Shown here piece by piece: positions 49,450-59,222 of a stretch of 64,000 nucleotides of DNA; within the stretch, counting starts at the first letter, position 1, and every line of letters begins with the position of its first letter. The notes beneath the pieces are model-generated. The model worked only from the letters and a program-made list of their open reading frames with translations, had not been told where the DNA came from and searched no databases. Origin of the DNA: Myxococcota bacterium (GTDB taxonomy: Bacteria > Myxococcota_A > UBA796 > UBA2385); the NCBI GenBank assembly GCA_044344255.1, contig JBIJDH010000007.1, forward strand, positions 160,001 through 224,000, read 5' to 3'. Position numbers and translations under genes: made by a program.

Positions 49450-50133
49450 CTACTCGACGGCGATCTTCACGACGAGGGTGGTCTTGACCTCTTCACGGAT
49501 CCGGTTCTGGAGCTTCGTGTAGAGCTCCAGGTTCTCCGGGTTGGCGGTGTCGAGCTCCATCACGCGGGAGTCCTGCTCGCGGGCCGGGTGCTTGTACAGC
49601 CACATCTCGGCGGAGCTGCCGTCGTCGAAGGTGAGCCGCCACTTGTGGCGATTGGCCACAGTCCACTTGGTGCCGTCCTTCAGCACGACGGTGCCCACGG
49701 TCTTCACCGTGCAGTCGTACATCCAGGGGCTCCAGTTGCTGTCGTAGACGCAGTCCACTTCGCTCGGGACCTTGCCCGGCACGACGGTGATGGACTTCAC
49801 GAGGTCCCAGGTGATCTCCTTCGCGGAGTTGCCCTGCTCTCCCGAGATCTTGAGCTTGCCCTTGTCCTGGTCCCAGTCTTGCTCACCGTACCAGTCGGTG
49901 CTCCGCTCCACCCGCTTGACGTGGCCGCTCTTGGTGGTGCCGTTGCCGTAGGTGATCGTCACCTTGAGGTCTGCGTTGACCACGTCGGGCGGCGGCGGCG
50001 GGGGCTCAGGGGCGGCTTCGGGCTCGGGCGTGGCGGCCTCGGCGACGGGCGCGGCCACGGGCGCAGCGGCGGGTTCGGGGGCCTTCTTCGGTCCACAAGC
50101 CAGGAGGAGGAGGGGCAGCAGCAGCTTGATCAT
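49450..50133 (-). CDS. Hypothetical lipoprotein
   Basis: MIKLLLPLLLLAC lipobox; GGAG RBS; Pro/Ala linker and beta-rich domain. Confidence 0.8.
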   Translation of the reverse strand: MIKLLLPLLLLACGPKKAPEPAAAPVAAPVAEAATPEPEAAPEPPPPPPDVVNADLKVTITYGNGTTKSGHVKRVERSTDWYGEQDWDQDKGKLKISGEQGNSAKEITWDLVKSITVVPGKVPSEVDCVYDSNWSPWMYDCTVKTVGTVVLKDGTKWTVANRHKWRLTFDDGSSAEMWLYKHPAREQDSRVMELDTANPENLELYTKLQNRIREEVKTTLVVKIAVE

Positions 50134-50206
50134 GTCCGGACTCCCTTCGACGGGCCTCACGCGGGCGGGCCGTGCCACAGCGTAGCCCGTCATCGCCCGA
50201 GCATCA

Positions 50207-50629
50207 TCAGCCCTCGGTGCCGAGCCAGCTGGGCTGGTCTTCCATGGCCATCAGCATGTGGCTCTTCACCGTGGGCGGAGTGGGCACGATCCCCATCAGG
50301 GGGAGGAACTCGACCTCGGCCTCGACCGTGATCGTGTCCATGTCGGCGAGCACGCCCATCGTGGCGGTGACGTCGCAGGTGACCGTCTCGCAGGGGACGC
50401 CCAAGGTCGTGAGCGTGGCCTCGGTGGCGGCCACAGCGGCGGCCTCCGGCCCGCTGGCTTGATCGGTGCGGCTGCCGATGCGAGTGCCCTCCCGGACCGC
50501 CTGGAGCACCGAGGTCAGTCGGGAGAGGTACCAGCCGTAGTCGAGCACGGCCGAGAGGATGAGGAGGAGCAGGGGGGCGGTGAGCGCGAACTCCACCGCC
50601 GCGGCGCCCCGACGCCGATTGTTGCGCAT
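50207..50629 (-). CDS. tadE: TadE-like pseudopilin
   Basis: RRG|AAAVEFAL prepilin motif; AVREGTR. Confidence 0.88.
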   Translation of the reverse strand: MRNNRRRGAAAVEFALTAPLLLLILSAVLDYGWYLSRLTSVLQAVREGTRIGSRTDQASGPEAAAVAATEATLTTLGVPCETVTCDVTATMGVLADMDTITVEAEVEFLPLMGIVPTPPTVKSHMLMAMEDQPSWLGTEG

Positions 50630-51060
50630 CAGCTCTGGACCTCGAGGAGGGTCTGACTGGAGATCTTCATGCTCTCGGGCATCAGGATCATGCCGGTGAG
50701 GCCGGGGTACTCCAGCGTGAGGCCGCACTTCAACGAGGCGTCGGGGCTCGAGCCCACGACCTCGACCTCAACCGAGCAGCGGGTGTCGGTGGGGTCGGCG
50801 CAGTTCACGCCGAACAAGGCGAAGGCCGACATCCGCTCGCTGATCTCGGTGGCGGCGATCTCCTCCGGGGTCGGGCTGTCCGTCGGCGAGCGGACCGAGC
50901 CCGCCCGGCAGCCGACCTGGATGGCCTCCATCATCGTGGTCCGGCAGTAGAACCAGATGCTGAAGTCCATGATCCCGCCGATGAGCGCCAGGAAGACCGG
51001 CAGGATCAACGCGAACTCGATGGTGTTGCTGCCGCGGATGCGGCTCCGATGGAGCGCCAT
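50629..51060 (-). CDS. TadE/TadF-like pseudopilin
   Basis: RG|SNTIEFALILP motif; hydrophobic helix. Confidence 0.88.
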   Translation of the reverse strand: MALHRSRIRGSNTIEFALILPVFLALIGGIMDFSIWFYCRTTMMEAIQVGCRAGSVRSPTDSPTPEEIAATEISERMSAFALFGVNCADPTDTRCSVEVEVVGSSPDASLKCGLTLEYPGLTGMILMPESMKISSQTLLEVQS

Positions 51061-51062
51061 CT

Positions 51063-52256
51063 TCACTCCACCAGCGCGACGGGCACGTTCGTGGCGATTT
51101 CGTACATGATCCCCGGGAGGTCGGCGGAGTCGATGGTCTCGTAGAAGGCCCCGTAGCCGCGGACGAGGGCCTCCATGTAGGCCGACTGCGTGGCGTTGAA
51201 GGGCGAGTTGTAGGACACCGAGAAGATCGAGATGTTGTTGTCCTCGGCCTCGTTGGCGGCCAGCAGCCCTGCGGCGGCGCGCGCGTTGTTGCACGAGGTG
51301 GTCGAGGGGATGCACTCGGGCTTGCCGTCGGACATCAGCACGATCGTCTTGAGGGCGTAGGGGTCAGACACGGCGGGATCGAGCAGCACGTCGAGGGCCG
51401 CGTTGATGCCGGTCGCCTGGCTGGTGCCGGAGTCGTAGTGGGACGTCGGCCCCGGAGGGCTGCCCGTGCGGCAGTCCATCATCTGGGGCGCGTTGTGGTA
51501 GGTGGGGGGGGGCTGCCGGTTGTAAGGCGAGTAGTTCCGGTTGCACCAGTCGAGCTTGGCCCACTGGGTGCGGATCGTGGAGTAGTTGGACTCCACTGAC
51601 TTCAGGCCGGTCCAGAGCGTCGCCGCGCCGACGAAGGTGACCATGCCGATCTTGTCATTCGGCGCAGGGTGGTCGTACATGTAGTCGAGGAAGGCGAGGT
51701 CGCCGGTGCGGGCGTCGCCGATCTCCTGTTGGAAGGAGCCGGTGACGTCCTGCACGATCAGGATCTCGCGGAAGCGGAGCGCGCTCACCGCCAGGTCGTG
51801 GGAGGCGGCGGAGCCGGCCGAAGTGCCGAACATCTTCATCATCAGCAGGTCGATGGTGCCGTTCGGTGAGGACTCGGTCTTGCGGATGTTCACCCGCACC
51901 GCGTTGACGGTGGAGCTGCCCTCGTCGAACTCGTGGAGGGTGTAGTCCCACTGGCCGAACTCGATGTCGGTGTCTTCTTCGACCAGGGCGGCCTTGCCGA
52001 CGAGGGTGTTCTCACCGATCACGAGGACGGCGGCTGCGCGGGCCAGCTCGATGTCGCCAAACTGCCGGAGGTAGACCATCGCCGCCTGGGCCCCCGCGTC
52101 GGCTGCGGCCTGGGCTTGAAGATCGGCGACCCGGATGTAGGCGGAGTCGATCGCGAGGGCCCCGAAGGCCAGCATCACGGTCATGGAAAGGGCGCTGATC
52201 AGCGCGTAGTTGCCACGACGTGTGCGACGGGATGCGGACTTCGAGGGTGCCATCAT
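51063..52256 (-). CDS. tadG: TadG-like pilus protein with vWA domain
   Basis: RRG|NY...ALAID...QAAADAGA.A; vWA MIDAS-like QDVTGS, T, SDG. Confidence 0.85.
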   Translation of the reverse strand: MMAPSKSASRRTRRGNYALISALSMTVMLAFGALAIDSAYIRVADLQAQAAADAGAQAAMVYLRQFGDIELARAAAVLVIGENTLVGKAALVEEDTDIEFGQWDYTLHEFDEGSSTVNAVRVNIRKTESSPNGTIDLLMMKMFGTSAGSAASHDLAVSALRFREILIVQDVTGSFQQEIGDARTGDLAFLDYMYDHPAPNDKIGMVTFVGAATLWTGLKSVESNYSTIRTQWAKLDWCNRNYSPYNRQPPPTYHNAPQMMDCRTGSPPGPTSHYDSGTSQATGINAALDVLLDPAVSDPYALKTIVLMSDGKPECIPSTTSCNNARAAAGLLAANEAEDNNISIFSVSYNSPFNATQSAYMEALVRGYGAFYETIDSADLPGIMYEIATNVPVALVE

Positions 52257-52344
52257 GTGCGCTCCGGTGGACCTGCGCGGGTGGGGTGAGGGGCCGAGGG
52301 TGAAGTCGGGACAGACCGCACGTCGATACACTCATCCTCGCGTC

Positions 52345-52373
52345 ATTTTATCCCAGAACGGCCGCAAGTGGAA
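52345..52373 (-). promoter_or_regulatory. Possible sigma70 promoter upstream of tadG (TTCCAC-N17-TAAAAT)
   Basis: Strong -10 in an AT-rich intergenic patch; weak -35. Confidence 0.35.
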
Positions 52374-52410
52374 GAGGGCCACCCAATTCGGTCGGTCGAT
52401 CAACCGTGAG

Positions 52411-53511
52411 TCAGTCTTCGTCCGGTGCGCCTCCTCCCTTCGGCGCCGCCGCGCGGGCCGGGGAACGACCGGGCCCAACCAGCCAGAGGACCGCGATCCC
52501 CCCGATGACCATGAAGAAGAGCTGTTGGAGCCGTACGAGCAGCCCGACGGAGATCGCCACGGGCCAGTCGAGCCCTGCGGTCCACACCAGCAGGCTCACG
52601 AAGAGCGCGTCCCAACCCGCCTGGGAGCCCGGGAGGAGGAACAGTAGCACCGCCCCGGAGGTGGTGATGGCGTAGGTGAAGGCGACGCCGAGGGTGTCCG
52701 GGCTCGCACCGAGGCCGTGGATGCCCACGAGGATCCCCACGATCACCGAGCTGTGGCCGACGAGGGCCCAGGAGGCGGCGCGGGCGTAAGCGAGCGGGCC
52801 GCGGAGGGCGGTCTCAGCGAGGGCGTCGGCGAGGGCGTCCGTGCCGGCCTGGAGGCGGGGGAGGAGGCGCGAGAGGCGGCGGAAGCGGTGGAGCGGGCGG
52901 AGGACGTGGGCGGTCAGGCCCTTCCAGAGCGCAGGGCGTGCGGCGAGCAGGGCGAGCAGCAGCCCACCCAAACCGACGGAGACCGCCGAGATCCCCACGA
53001 GGCCCTCATAGCCGGGGGGCACAGGCAGCTCGGTCACGGCCCAGACGGCGGTGGCCAGGAGCGAGGCGGTGGTGAGCCCCACGATGCGCGCCGCGACGCC
53101 CGAGGCCAGGGAGGGGGCGAGGGGCACGCCATAGCGGCGGTGCGCGAACCAGGCCGCCGCGAACTCCCCCGCCGGGCCGGGGATCGCATAGTTGAGCAGC
53201 AGGCCGGCGGTGATGATGGCGGTGAGCCCCAAGACCGGCGGGCGGACCTGGGGCGGCATCAGCGCCCGCCATCGCAAGGCCATGCTCAAGAAGGCGAGGC
53301 TGATCAGGCAGAGCGCGAGGACCAGCTCACCGGGGCGGGCGCTGTGGAGGAGGCCGTCGAAGGAGGCTCCGCCGATGCCCGAGCTGTGCACGCCCAACGC
53401 GATCAGCAGGAGCGCGCCCACGGTGAGGCCCACCGAGATCAGCCCCTTGCGGACGGCCGCCCGAGCGGCCTCGGCGCTCGGAGGAGCCATCGGTTCAGCG
53501 TCAGTGTCCAT
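52411..53511 (-). CDS. Second flippase-like membrane protein (lysylphosphatidylglycerol synthase TM / UPF0104)
   Basis: ALRWR; LLNYAIPGPAGE; LPGSQAG.D; VRL; ATG immediately after the regulator stop codon. Confidence 0.8.
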   Translation of the reverse strand: MDTDAEPMAPPSAEAARAAVRKGLISVGLTVGALLLIALGVHSSGIGGASFDGLLHSARPGELVLALCLISLAFLSMALRWRALMPPQVRPPVLGLTAIITAGLLLNYAIPGPAGEFAAAWFAHRRYGVPLAPSLASGVAARIVGLTTASLLATAVWAVTELPVPPGYEGLVGISAVSVGLGGLLLALLAARPALWKGLTAHVLRPLHRFRRLSRLLPRLQAGTDALADALAETALRGPLAYARAASWALVGHSSVIVGILVGIHGLGASPDTLGVAFTYAITTSGAVLLFLLPGSQAGWDALFVSLLVWTAGLDWPVAISVGLLVRLQQLFFMVIGGIAVLWLVGPGRSPARAAAPKGGGAPDED

Positions 53512-54732
53512 TCAAGATCGATCGAGTAGGTTGTACTTGTTCAATTTGTACCGCAAGGTGTTTCGCTCGAGCCCGAGGAGGCGGCCGACCGCGGGGCGAT
53601 CACCGCCCGTCTGTTCGATCGCCTTCGCGAGCAGGTCTCGCTCGATCTGCTCAAGGTGCTCGGTGAGGTTGAAGCCCTCGGAGAGCGTGCTGAGCGGCAG
53701 GACCGAGGACATCGCAGGGCGGATGGGCATGTTGAAGGCGTCGTGACCGAGGACCACGGCGCGCTCGGCGAGGTTGGCGACCTCCCGGACGTTCCCGGGC
53801 CAGCCGTGTTGGATGAGCTGCTCTCGCTGGGCCCCCGTGGGCTTGGGCGGCACCTTCCCGAAGGAGTTGCCGTGCAGGGTGAGGAAGTGTTCGAGCAGGG
53901 GCAGGATGTCATCGGGGTGGTCGCGGAGGGGCGGGCAGCGAATGGTGATGACGGCGAGGCGGAAGTAGAGCTCCGGAGGGATCTCTCCGCGAGCGGCCCG
54001 GAGGTCGATGTTTGGGCTGGCGGTGGCGATGATACGAGGCGGCTGGCCGGCCTCAACCGGGGCGAGCTGGCGCAAGAGGTCGAGCGTGGCCTCGTGGCTC
54101 CACTCGTCGACCATCGGCACGAGGAGTGTGCCAGCGGAGAGGAGCAGGGCCGGCGGGATCTCCTCGAGCGGGCGGGCGACGAGCATCGGCCGGTCGGCGT
54201 CGAGGCCACGCTGGTGCAGGCAGCGGGCGATGTGGCGGCGGCCGCTGCCCGTCTCTCCTTGGACGAGGACCGTGCTGCGGACCAGCGCGACCTTGCCCAC
54301 CTCATCGCGGATGCGGCGCGTGTCGGCGCTCTCACCGACGATGCTGTCCCAGCCGTCCTGGGGCTTTCGGTAGTCGCGGACCCGGCGCAAGAGCTGGTCG
54401 GCCGTCACCGGCTTGGTCAGGAAGTCGAGGGCGCCGAGGCGCATGGCCTCTACCGCGGTCTCGACCGAGCCGAAGGCGGTGAACACAATGGCGTCCACCG
54501 GCGGGACGCAGGCCCGCGCCGCCTGGACGACGGCGAGGCCGTCTACGGGCTCCATGCGCAGATCGGTGAGCACGAGGTCGGTCGGCTTCGACCTCAGCCG
54601 CTCAATGGCGCTGCGCCCATCATAGAAGACCTCGACGGAGTGCCCCTCGCGGCCGAGCAAGATCGCGATGGCCTCCGCCGCGGACCGATGGTCATCCACG
54701 ACGAGGAGGTTCAGTCGAACTCCCGAGCTCAT
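53512..54732 (-). CDS. NtrC-like response regulator (REC + degenerate AAA+ + Fis HTH)
   Basis: VVDD; TDLRM; FLTKP; GETGSGR; LYFRL; WPGNVRE; C-terminal HTH; no GAFTGA. Confidence 0.88.
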   Translation of the reverse strand: MSSGVRLNLLVVDDHRSAAEAIAILLGREGHSVEVFYDGRSAIERLRSKPTDLVLTDLRMEPVDGLAVVQAARACVPPVDAIVFTAFGSVETAVEAMRLGALDFLTKPVTADQLLRRVRDYRKPQDGWDSIVGESADTRRIRDEVGKVALVRSTVLVQGETGSGRRHIARCLHQRGLDADRPMLVARPLEEIPPALLLSAGTLLVPMVDEWSHEATLDLLRQLAPVEAGQPPRIIATASPNIDLRAARGEIPPELYFRLAVITIRCPPLRDHPDDILPLLEHFLTLHGNSFGKVPPKPTGAQREQLIQHGWPGNVREVANLAERAVVLGHDAFNMPIRPAMSSVLPLSTLSEGFNLTEHLEQIERDLLAKAIEQTGGDRPAVGRLLGLERNTLRYKLNKYNLLDRS

Positions 54733-56201
54733 GTCGTCTCACCGCCTCCGAGGGGCAGCGTCGCGGTGAACCGCGCGCCACGCAAGGGGGAGTCCTCACA
54801 TCGCAGCGTGCCACCATGCGCGTCTACGACCTGCTTCACGAGCGCGAGCCCGAGCCCCGTGCCCCCGGGCTTGGATGAATAATATGGCTGAAAGATGCGC
54901 TCACGCAGGTGGGGGGGCACACCGGGGCCGTCATCGTCGACGATGAGCATGACCTGCTTGCCGCGCGGCAAGACGCTCACGGTGACCTGGCCGCCGGATG
55001 AACGCCCGGAGAACTCGATCGCGTTCAGCAGCAGGTTCTCCATGGCGCGGCGGATGAGAGAGCCGTCCAGCGTCGCCGAGAGGCGGCCCGGCGCTTGGAC
55101 CAGCAGGGAGACCTTGCGGGCTCGCGCGGTGGGGTCGGCGAGGGCCGCCGCGCGCTTGACGAGCTCGACCACGTCCACGGGCTCGCGGGAGACCTGGAGG
55201 GGGCCGCTGCCGCGGAGGAAGCGTTGGACGACGCCCTCAAGCACGTGGATCTCGTCTTCGATCTTGAACAGCAGCTTCTCTTGGGTGTCCCGGTCGGGCT
55301 CGGTGCGGGCCAGGGTGCTCAGCAGGGACAAGCTCTGCAGCGGGTTGCGGACCTCGTGGGCGACCATCGACGAGAGCTGCTTGACGACCGCCATCCGGCC
55401 CTGGATGTCGTCCTCTCGGGCTTCGAAGCTGCTCGCGAGGGCGTTGACGGCGCGGGCGAGCTGCGCGATCTCCTCGGGCCCGCGGGGGTTGACCCGCATC
55501 CCGCGCGCGCCGGAGGCCACCTTGGCGGCGTAGTCCGAGATCTCTCGAACCGGAGAGAGAAGCCATCGAACGCCGAAGATCACGACCAGGCCGGCGACGG
55601 AGCTCAGCCCCAACAGGAGCGAGGTCGTACGACGTCGGGCCGCGGCGAGGGGTACGAGGTATTCGGCCTCCGCGACGGCGATGATCGTGCCGATCGGCGC
55701 GCCGCGGCCGTCTTGGTAGATCGGGGAGCAGGCCGCGAAGAGGGCGAGGCCCTCGAACTCGAAGAGGGTGGCGTCGGGGCGCTCCTGCTCGAGCTCGGGC
55801 TCGACTCCGTCGGCGGGGGGGCTCGTCCGGCAGGCGCGGCGCAGGTCCGGGCGGAGGGGCGCGCCATACTGGCGGCCTTGGGCGGCGGGGGAGGAGGCGA
55901 CCAGGTCCCAGGTGGGCGTGACCAGGAGCAGCTCACGGATCTGCGCGGTGGAGCGCGCCTCGTCGAGCAGCTGCTCCATCGGCATCCGCGCTCCGCCCAG
56001 CGCCGCGCTCAGCGCCTCGGGGGTGGGGCTTTGGCTGTAGGCGGGGAGGACCGACTGGAGCAAGGTCGAAGACATACGAGCGACGACGCTGAGCTGGCGC
56101 CCCTCGTCGGCCTCTTGACGTTGGCCGGAGTCTCGCACGGCGGGCAGCCAGGCCGTGGCGATCGAGGCCGCCACGATACCTCCGGCCGCCAACGACAACA
56201 T
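54729..56201 (-). CDS. Sensor histidine kinase with periplasmic domain and HAMP
   Basis: HAMP EIAQLA.AVN; AHEVRNPL; NLLLNA; DDGPG; GTGLGL; start uncertain. Confidence 0.92.
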   Translation of the reverse strand: MLSLAAGGIVAASIATAWLPAVRDSGQRQEADEGRQLSVVARMSSTLLQSVLPAYSQSPTPEALSAALGGARMPMEQLLDEARSTAQIRELLLVTPTWDLVASSPAAQGRQYGAPLRPDLRRACRTSPPADGVEPELEQERPDATLFEFEGLALFAACSPIYQDGRGAPIGTIIAVAEAEYLVPLAAARRRTTSLLLGLSSVAGLVVIFGVRWLLSPVREISDYAAKVASGARGMRVNPRGPEEIAQLARAVNALASSFEAREDDIQGRMAVVKQLSSMVAHEVRNPLQSLSLLSTLARTEPDRDTQEKLLFKIEDEIHVLEGVVQRFLRGSGPLQVSREPVDVVELVKRAAALADPTARARKVSLLVQAPGRLSATLDGSLIRRAMENLLLNAIEFSGRSSGGQVTVSVLPRGKQVMLIVDDDGPGVPPHLRERIFQPYYSSKPGGTGLGLALVKQVVDAHGGTLRCEDSPLRGARFTATLPLGGGETT

Positions 56202-56247
56202 CGTGCTGGCGGACCCGACCGGCAGGCGCAGGGCGATGCGGGGCGCC

Positions 56248-56532
56248 CTACTGGACGGCGAACTGTGAGGTGGACTCGGCCTTGCCGGACTCCTTGTCCG
56301 TGGTCTCCTCTTCGACGCGCTGGCGGAGGAGCAGGCCCTCCCGCCCGGTGAGCACGTAGCCGTCATTGGCGACGCTCGGCCGCTTGAGGTCGGCCTGAGT
56401 GGTCATCGAGGCGCTGTAGGCGCGCGCGAAGTCGTACTGGAGGTGGGTGGGGGTCCCGCAGGCTCCGAGCAGGAGCGCGGCCAAAGAGAGGGGCCCGAGG
56501 GGGCGAGGGGAGCGCGGCGCGGCGTGGCTCAT
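56248..56532 (-). CDS. Small Tad-associated lipoprotein
   Basis: Lipobox LLGAC; ATGA overlap with tadD. Confidence 0.7.
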   Translation of the reverse strand: MSHAAPRSPRPLGPLSLAALLLGACGTPTHLQYDFARAYSASMTTQADLKRPSVANDGYVLTGREGLLLRQRVEEETTDKESGKAESTSQFAVQ

Positions 56533-57299
56533 GGCGACTTCTCCGGTGCAGGGGGCGCGAGGCGGTGGATGGCTTCCTCGGCCGAGCGGAAATTGGGGTT
56601 GGCCTTCAGAGCGGACCTGTAGTGGCCGAGGGCGGCTGCGCCATCTCCGCGCAGCTCAAGCCCATAGGCGAGGTTGTAGTGAGCGTCTGCCTCGGCGCCG
56701 GCGGCGCGGAAGACCCGCCAGGCCTCCTGCTCCTTGCCAGCGGCGACCAGGGCGAAGCCGAGGTTGTTCTTGGTGAGCGGCTTGGATGCGTCGAGCTTCA
56801 GCGCACGTCGGAGGGGGGCCACGGCGTCGGCCGGGCGACCGGCGGCCATGAGCGCGAAGCCCAGGTTGTTCTCGATGTCGGCTCGGTCCTCGGCGAGGCG
56901 GGCCGCGTTCTCGAAGGCCTGCACGGAGAGCTCGAGCTCCTTCCGATCCATGCGCACGATGCCGAGCTGGTTCCAGGCGTCGGCGTTGCGGGAGTGGCGG
57001 GCCACCACGCGCTCCAGCATGTCGGCGGCGTCGTCGAGGAGGCCGATCTGACCGAGGGCGCGCGCTTGGAGCACGTCGATGTCGGGGCCGTCCGTGCCCT
57101 CGGCGCGCATCTGCCCGAGCAGGCTCAGGGCCTGCTCCGCCGCGCCCCCCTCCAACATGGCGGTCGCCAGCTCGAGCTTGGCCCGCTCCCGGCCGTTCTG
57201 GGTGCTCCACGCGGGCGCGGGCTCAACCACCGTCGGCAGCTTCTTCTTGCCGCAGGCGAAGAGGAGCACGGTCGCCAGGAGCAGCGTGGAGCGCATCAT
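56529..57299 (-). CDS. tadD: TPR lipoprotein, TadD-like pilotin
   Basis: Lipobox LFAC; repeated NNLG TPR motifs; follows tadC. Confidence 0.82.
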   Translation of the reverse strand: MMRSTLLLATVLLFACGKKKLPTVVEPAPAWSTQNGRERAKLELATAMLEGGAAEQALSLLGQMRAEGTDGPDIDVLQARALGQIGLLDDAADMLERVVARHSRNADAWNQLGIVRMDRKELELSVQAFENAARLAEDRADIENNLGFALMAAGRPADAVAPLRRALKLDASKPLTKNNLGFALVAAGKEQEAWRVFRAAGAEADAHYNLAYGLELRGDGAAALGHYRSALKANPNFRSAEEAIHRLAPPAPEKSP

Positions 57300-58261
57300 C
57301 TCCCCCCGTTGAGCAGGGGCATCAGGTTCCGGTAGAGGTTGATACCCGCGGGGCCCACCAGAACGACGAAGAGGGCAGGCATGATGAACAGGATCATCAC
57401 GACCGTGAGCTTGGGAGAGATCTTGGCGGCGGCCTCTTCGGCGCTGAGCATGCGCTTCTTGCGGACGAGCTCCGAGTGGATCCGGAGGGCGCGAGCCACG
57501 CTGGTGCCGAATCGTTCCGCTTGAACGAGCGTGTTGACGAGGGAGTTGACCTCGGCCAGGCCGGTGCGGTAGTCGAGGCGCCGCAGCGCGTCGAGGCGCG
57601 GCAGCCCCGCCGCTGTCTCGTGGTTCACCATCTGGAGCTCGCGGGCGAGCTCGGGCGCGGCGCTCTCCATCTCGGCGGCTACCCGGCGCAGGGCCGCGTC
57701 GAGCCCGAGCCCGGCCTCCACGGAGCTCACGAGGAGGTCGAGGGCGTCCGGGAAGGGCCGGAGGAGGGTCTCCTTTCGGGCGGCCAGGCGGAACCGGAGC
57801 ATGAGCGTCGGGCCGAAGTAGCCGACCGAGGCGCCCAGAGTGCCGAAGAAGGTGGTGTAGAGCCAGAATTTGAAGCGTGGGAGATCGTCGGGCAGGAAGT
57901 GCAGCACTGGCATGAGGAGCAGTGCGGGCACGACGATCAGCATGATCACCCGGAGCACGCTGTAGATCTCGAGGGCGTTGCGGTTTCGGAAGCCGGCGAC
58001 CACGAGCTCCCTTCGCAGCTTGTCAGACTCATCCTCGTCTTTCGGGCGGGCCAGCGAGGCGATGTTCGAGGTCACCGAGGCGGTGGTGGACATGTTCACG
58101 AGGGAGTCGGCCTCGCGACGCCCTCCGGTGAGGTCGACCACGCGGTCTCGGGCGGTGCGCTCCGGGTTGAGGAGCTTCATGACGCCGTAGAACAGGGCCC
58201 CCATCGAGATGAAGGTGGCCGCGACGACGACCGCGCCGAACTGTTCGAGATCGATGCCCAT
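57296..58261 (-). CDS. tadC: Tad inner-membrane platform protein TadC
   Basis: FPDALDLLV.SVEAGLGLD; QAERFGTS..AL; AEE.AAK...K...P. Confidence 0.92.
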   Translation of the reverse strand: MGIDLEQFGAVVVAATFISMGALFYGVMKLLNPERTARDRVVDLTGGRREADSLVNMSTTASVTSNIASLARPKDEDESDKLRRELVVAGFRNRNALEIYSVLRVIMLIVVPALLLMPVLHFLPDDLPRFKFWLYTTFFGTLGASVGYFGPTLMLRFRLAARKETLLRPFPDALDLLVSSVEAGLGLDAALRRVAAEMESAAPELARELQMVNHETAAGLPRLDALRRLDYRTGLAEVNSLVNTLVQAERFGTSVARALRIHSELVRKKRMLSAEEAAAKISPKLTVVMILFIMPALFVVLVGPAGINLYRNLMPLLNGGR

Positions 58262-58262
58262 C

Positions 58263-59222
58263 TTAGACGTCCACCTGGGTCATGCGGTACATCACGAAGG
58301 CACCGCTGCTGAACATTCCGAGCGCCAGCGCGGCGAGGAAGTTGCCGATGGAGTCTGTCCACAGGATGGCGAGGTAGTCTCGTTTCATCACGAAGATGAT
58401 GGAGAACACCACGAAGGGCAGGCAGCCGAGGATGATCGCCGAGGCCTTGGCCTCGGAGGTGAGCGCGTTGACCTTGGCGTGGAACACGAAGCGGTCGCGG
58501 ACGGTCTGCGAGATGTTGGTCAGGATCTCGATCAGATTTCCGCCCGTGTCTCGCTGGAGATTCACCGAGCTGACGAAGATTCGGAGGTCGAAATTCCGTG
58601 GGTTTCGCACCGAGAAGTTGTTCAGACACTCTCGGAAGTCACGACCGAGGTTGTGCTCCTCGTAGACCCGGGCGAATTCGAAGGAGATCGGCGGCTGCAT
58701 CTCTTCGGCGCAGAGCCGGATCGCGTCGGAGAGCCCATGGCCCGCTTGAAGCGAGCGACCGATGAGGTCGAGCGCGTCGGGGAGCTGCTCGGAGAGCTGT
58801 TCGGCGCGGCTGTTCGCCTGCGAGTTGGCGATGAGCACGGGGATGAACGCCGTGAACAGACCGACCAGACAGACCGCGCTCTTGGTGATCACGAAGAGGG
58901 TGACCGTGGTGACGAGCACCCACAAGAACATCCGGACCAGGAGGCCCTGGATCGTCAGGCCCACGCCGGTCTGCCGGACGAGGCTCTCGAGCGAGGTGCC
59001 CAAGGCCCCGAAGCTCTCGGCCATCGGGTCTCGGTTCTGCAGGATGAACAGGCTCTCGAGGTCTTGATCGTAGGTGGTGCCCAGCCGGCGGGAGATCTCC
59101 TGGGCCCGGCCCTCCTCACGACCCTGCCATCCCCAGAAGAGGAAGCCGCTCACCAGGAGGACGCCGATGAAGACGGCGCCAGAGACCACAATGACCGTGA
59201 CGGGGGGCATCGCGTTCCTCAC
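58263..59222 (-). CDS. tadB: Tad inner-membrane platform protein TadB
   Basis: QLPDALDLI.RSLQAGH; TGGNL.EIL; ALTSEAKAS. Confidence 0.92.
   Translation of the reverse strand: MRNAMPPVTVIVVSGAVFIGVLLVSGFLFWGWQGREEGRAQEISRRLGTTYDQDLESLFILQNRDPMAESFGALGTSLESLVRQTGVGLTIQGLLVRMFLWVLVTTVTLFVITKSAVCLVGLFTAFIPVLIANSQANSRAEQLSEQLPDALDLIGRSLQAGHGLSDAIRLCAEEMQPPISFEFARVYEEHNLGRDFRECLNNFSVRNPRNFDLRIFVSSVNLQRDTGGNLIEILTNISQTVRDRFVFHAKVNALTSEAKASAIILGCLPFVVFSIIFVMKRDYLAILWTDSIGNFLAALALGMFSSGAFVMYRMTQVDV

Noticed and set aside
52257..52410. Sigma54 promoter upstream of tadG
   Set aside because: TGG...TTGC is present, but the GG-to-GC spacing is 13 nt rather than 10
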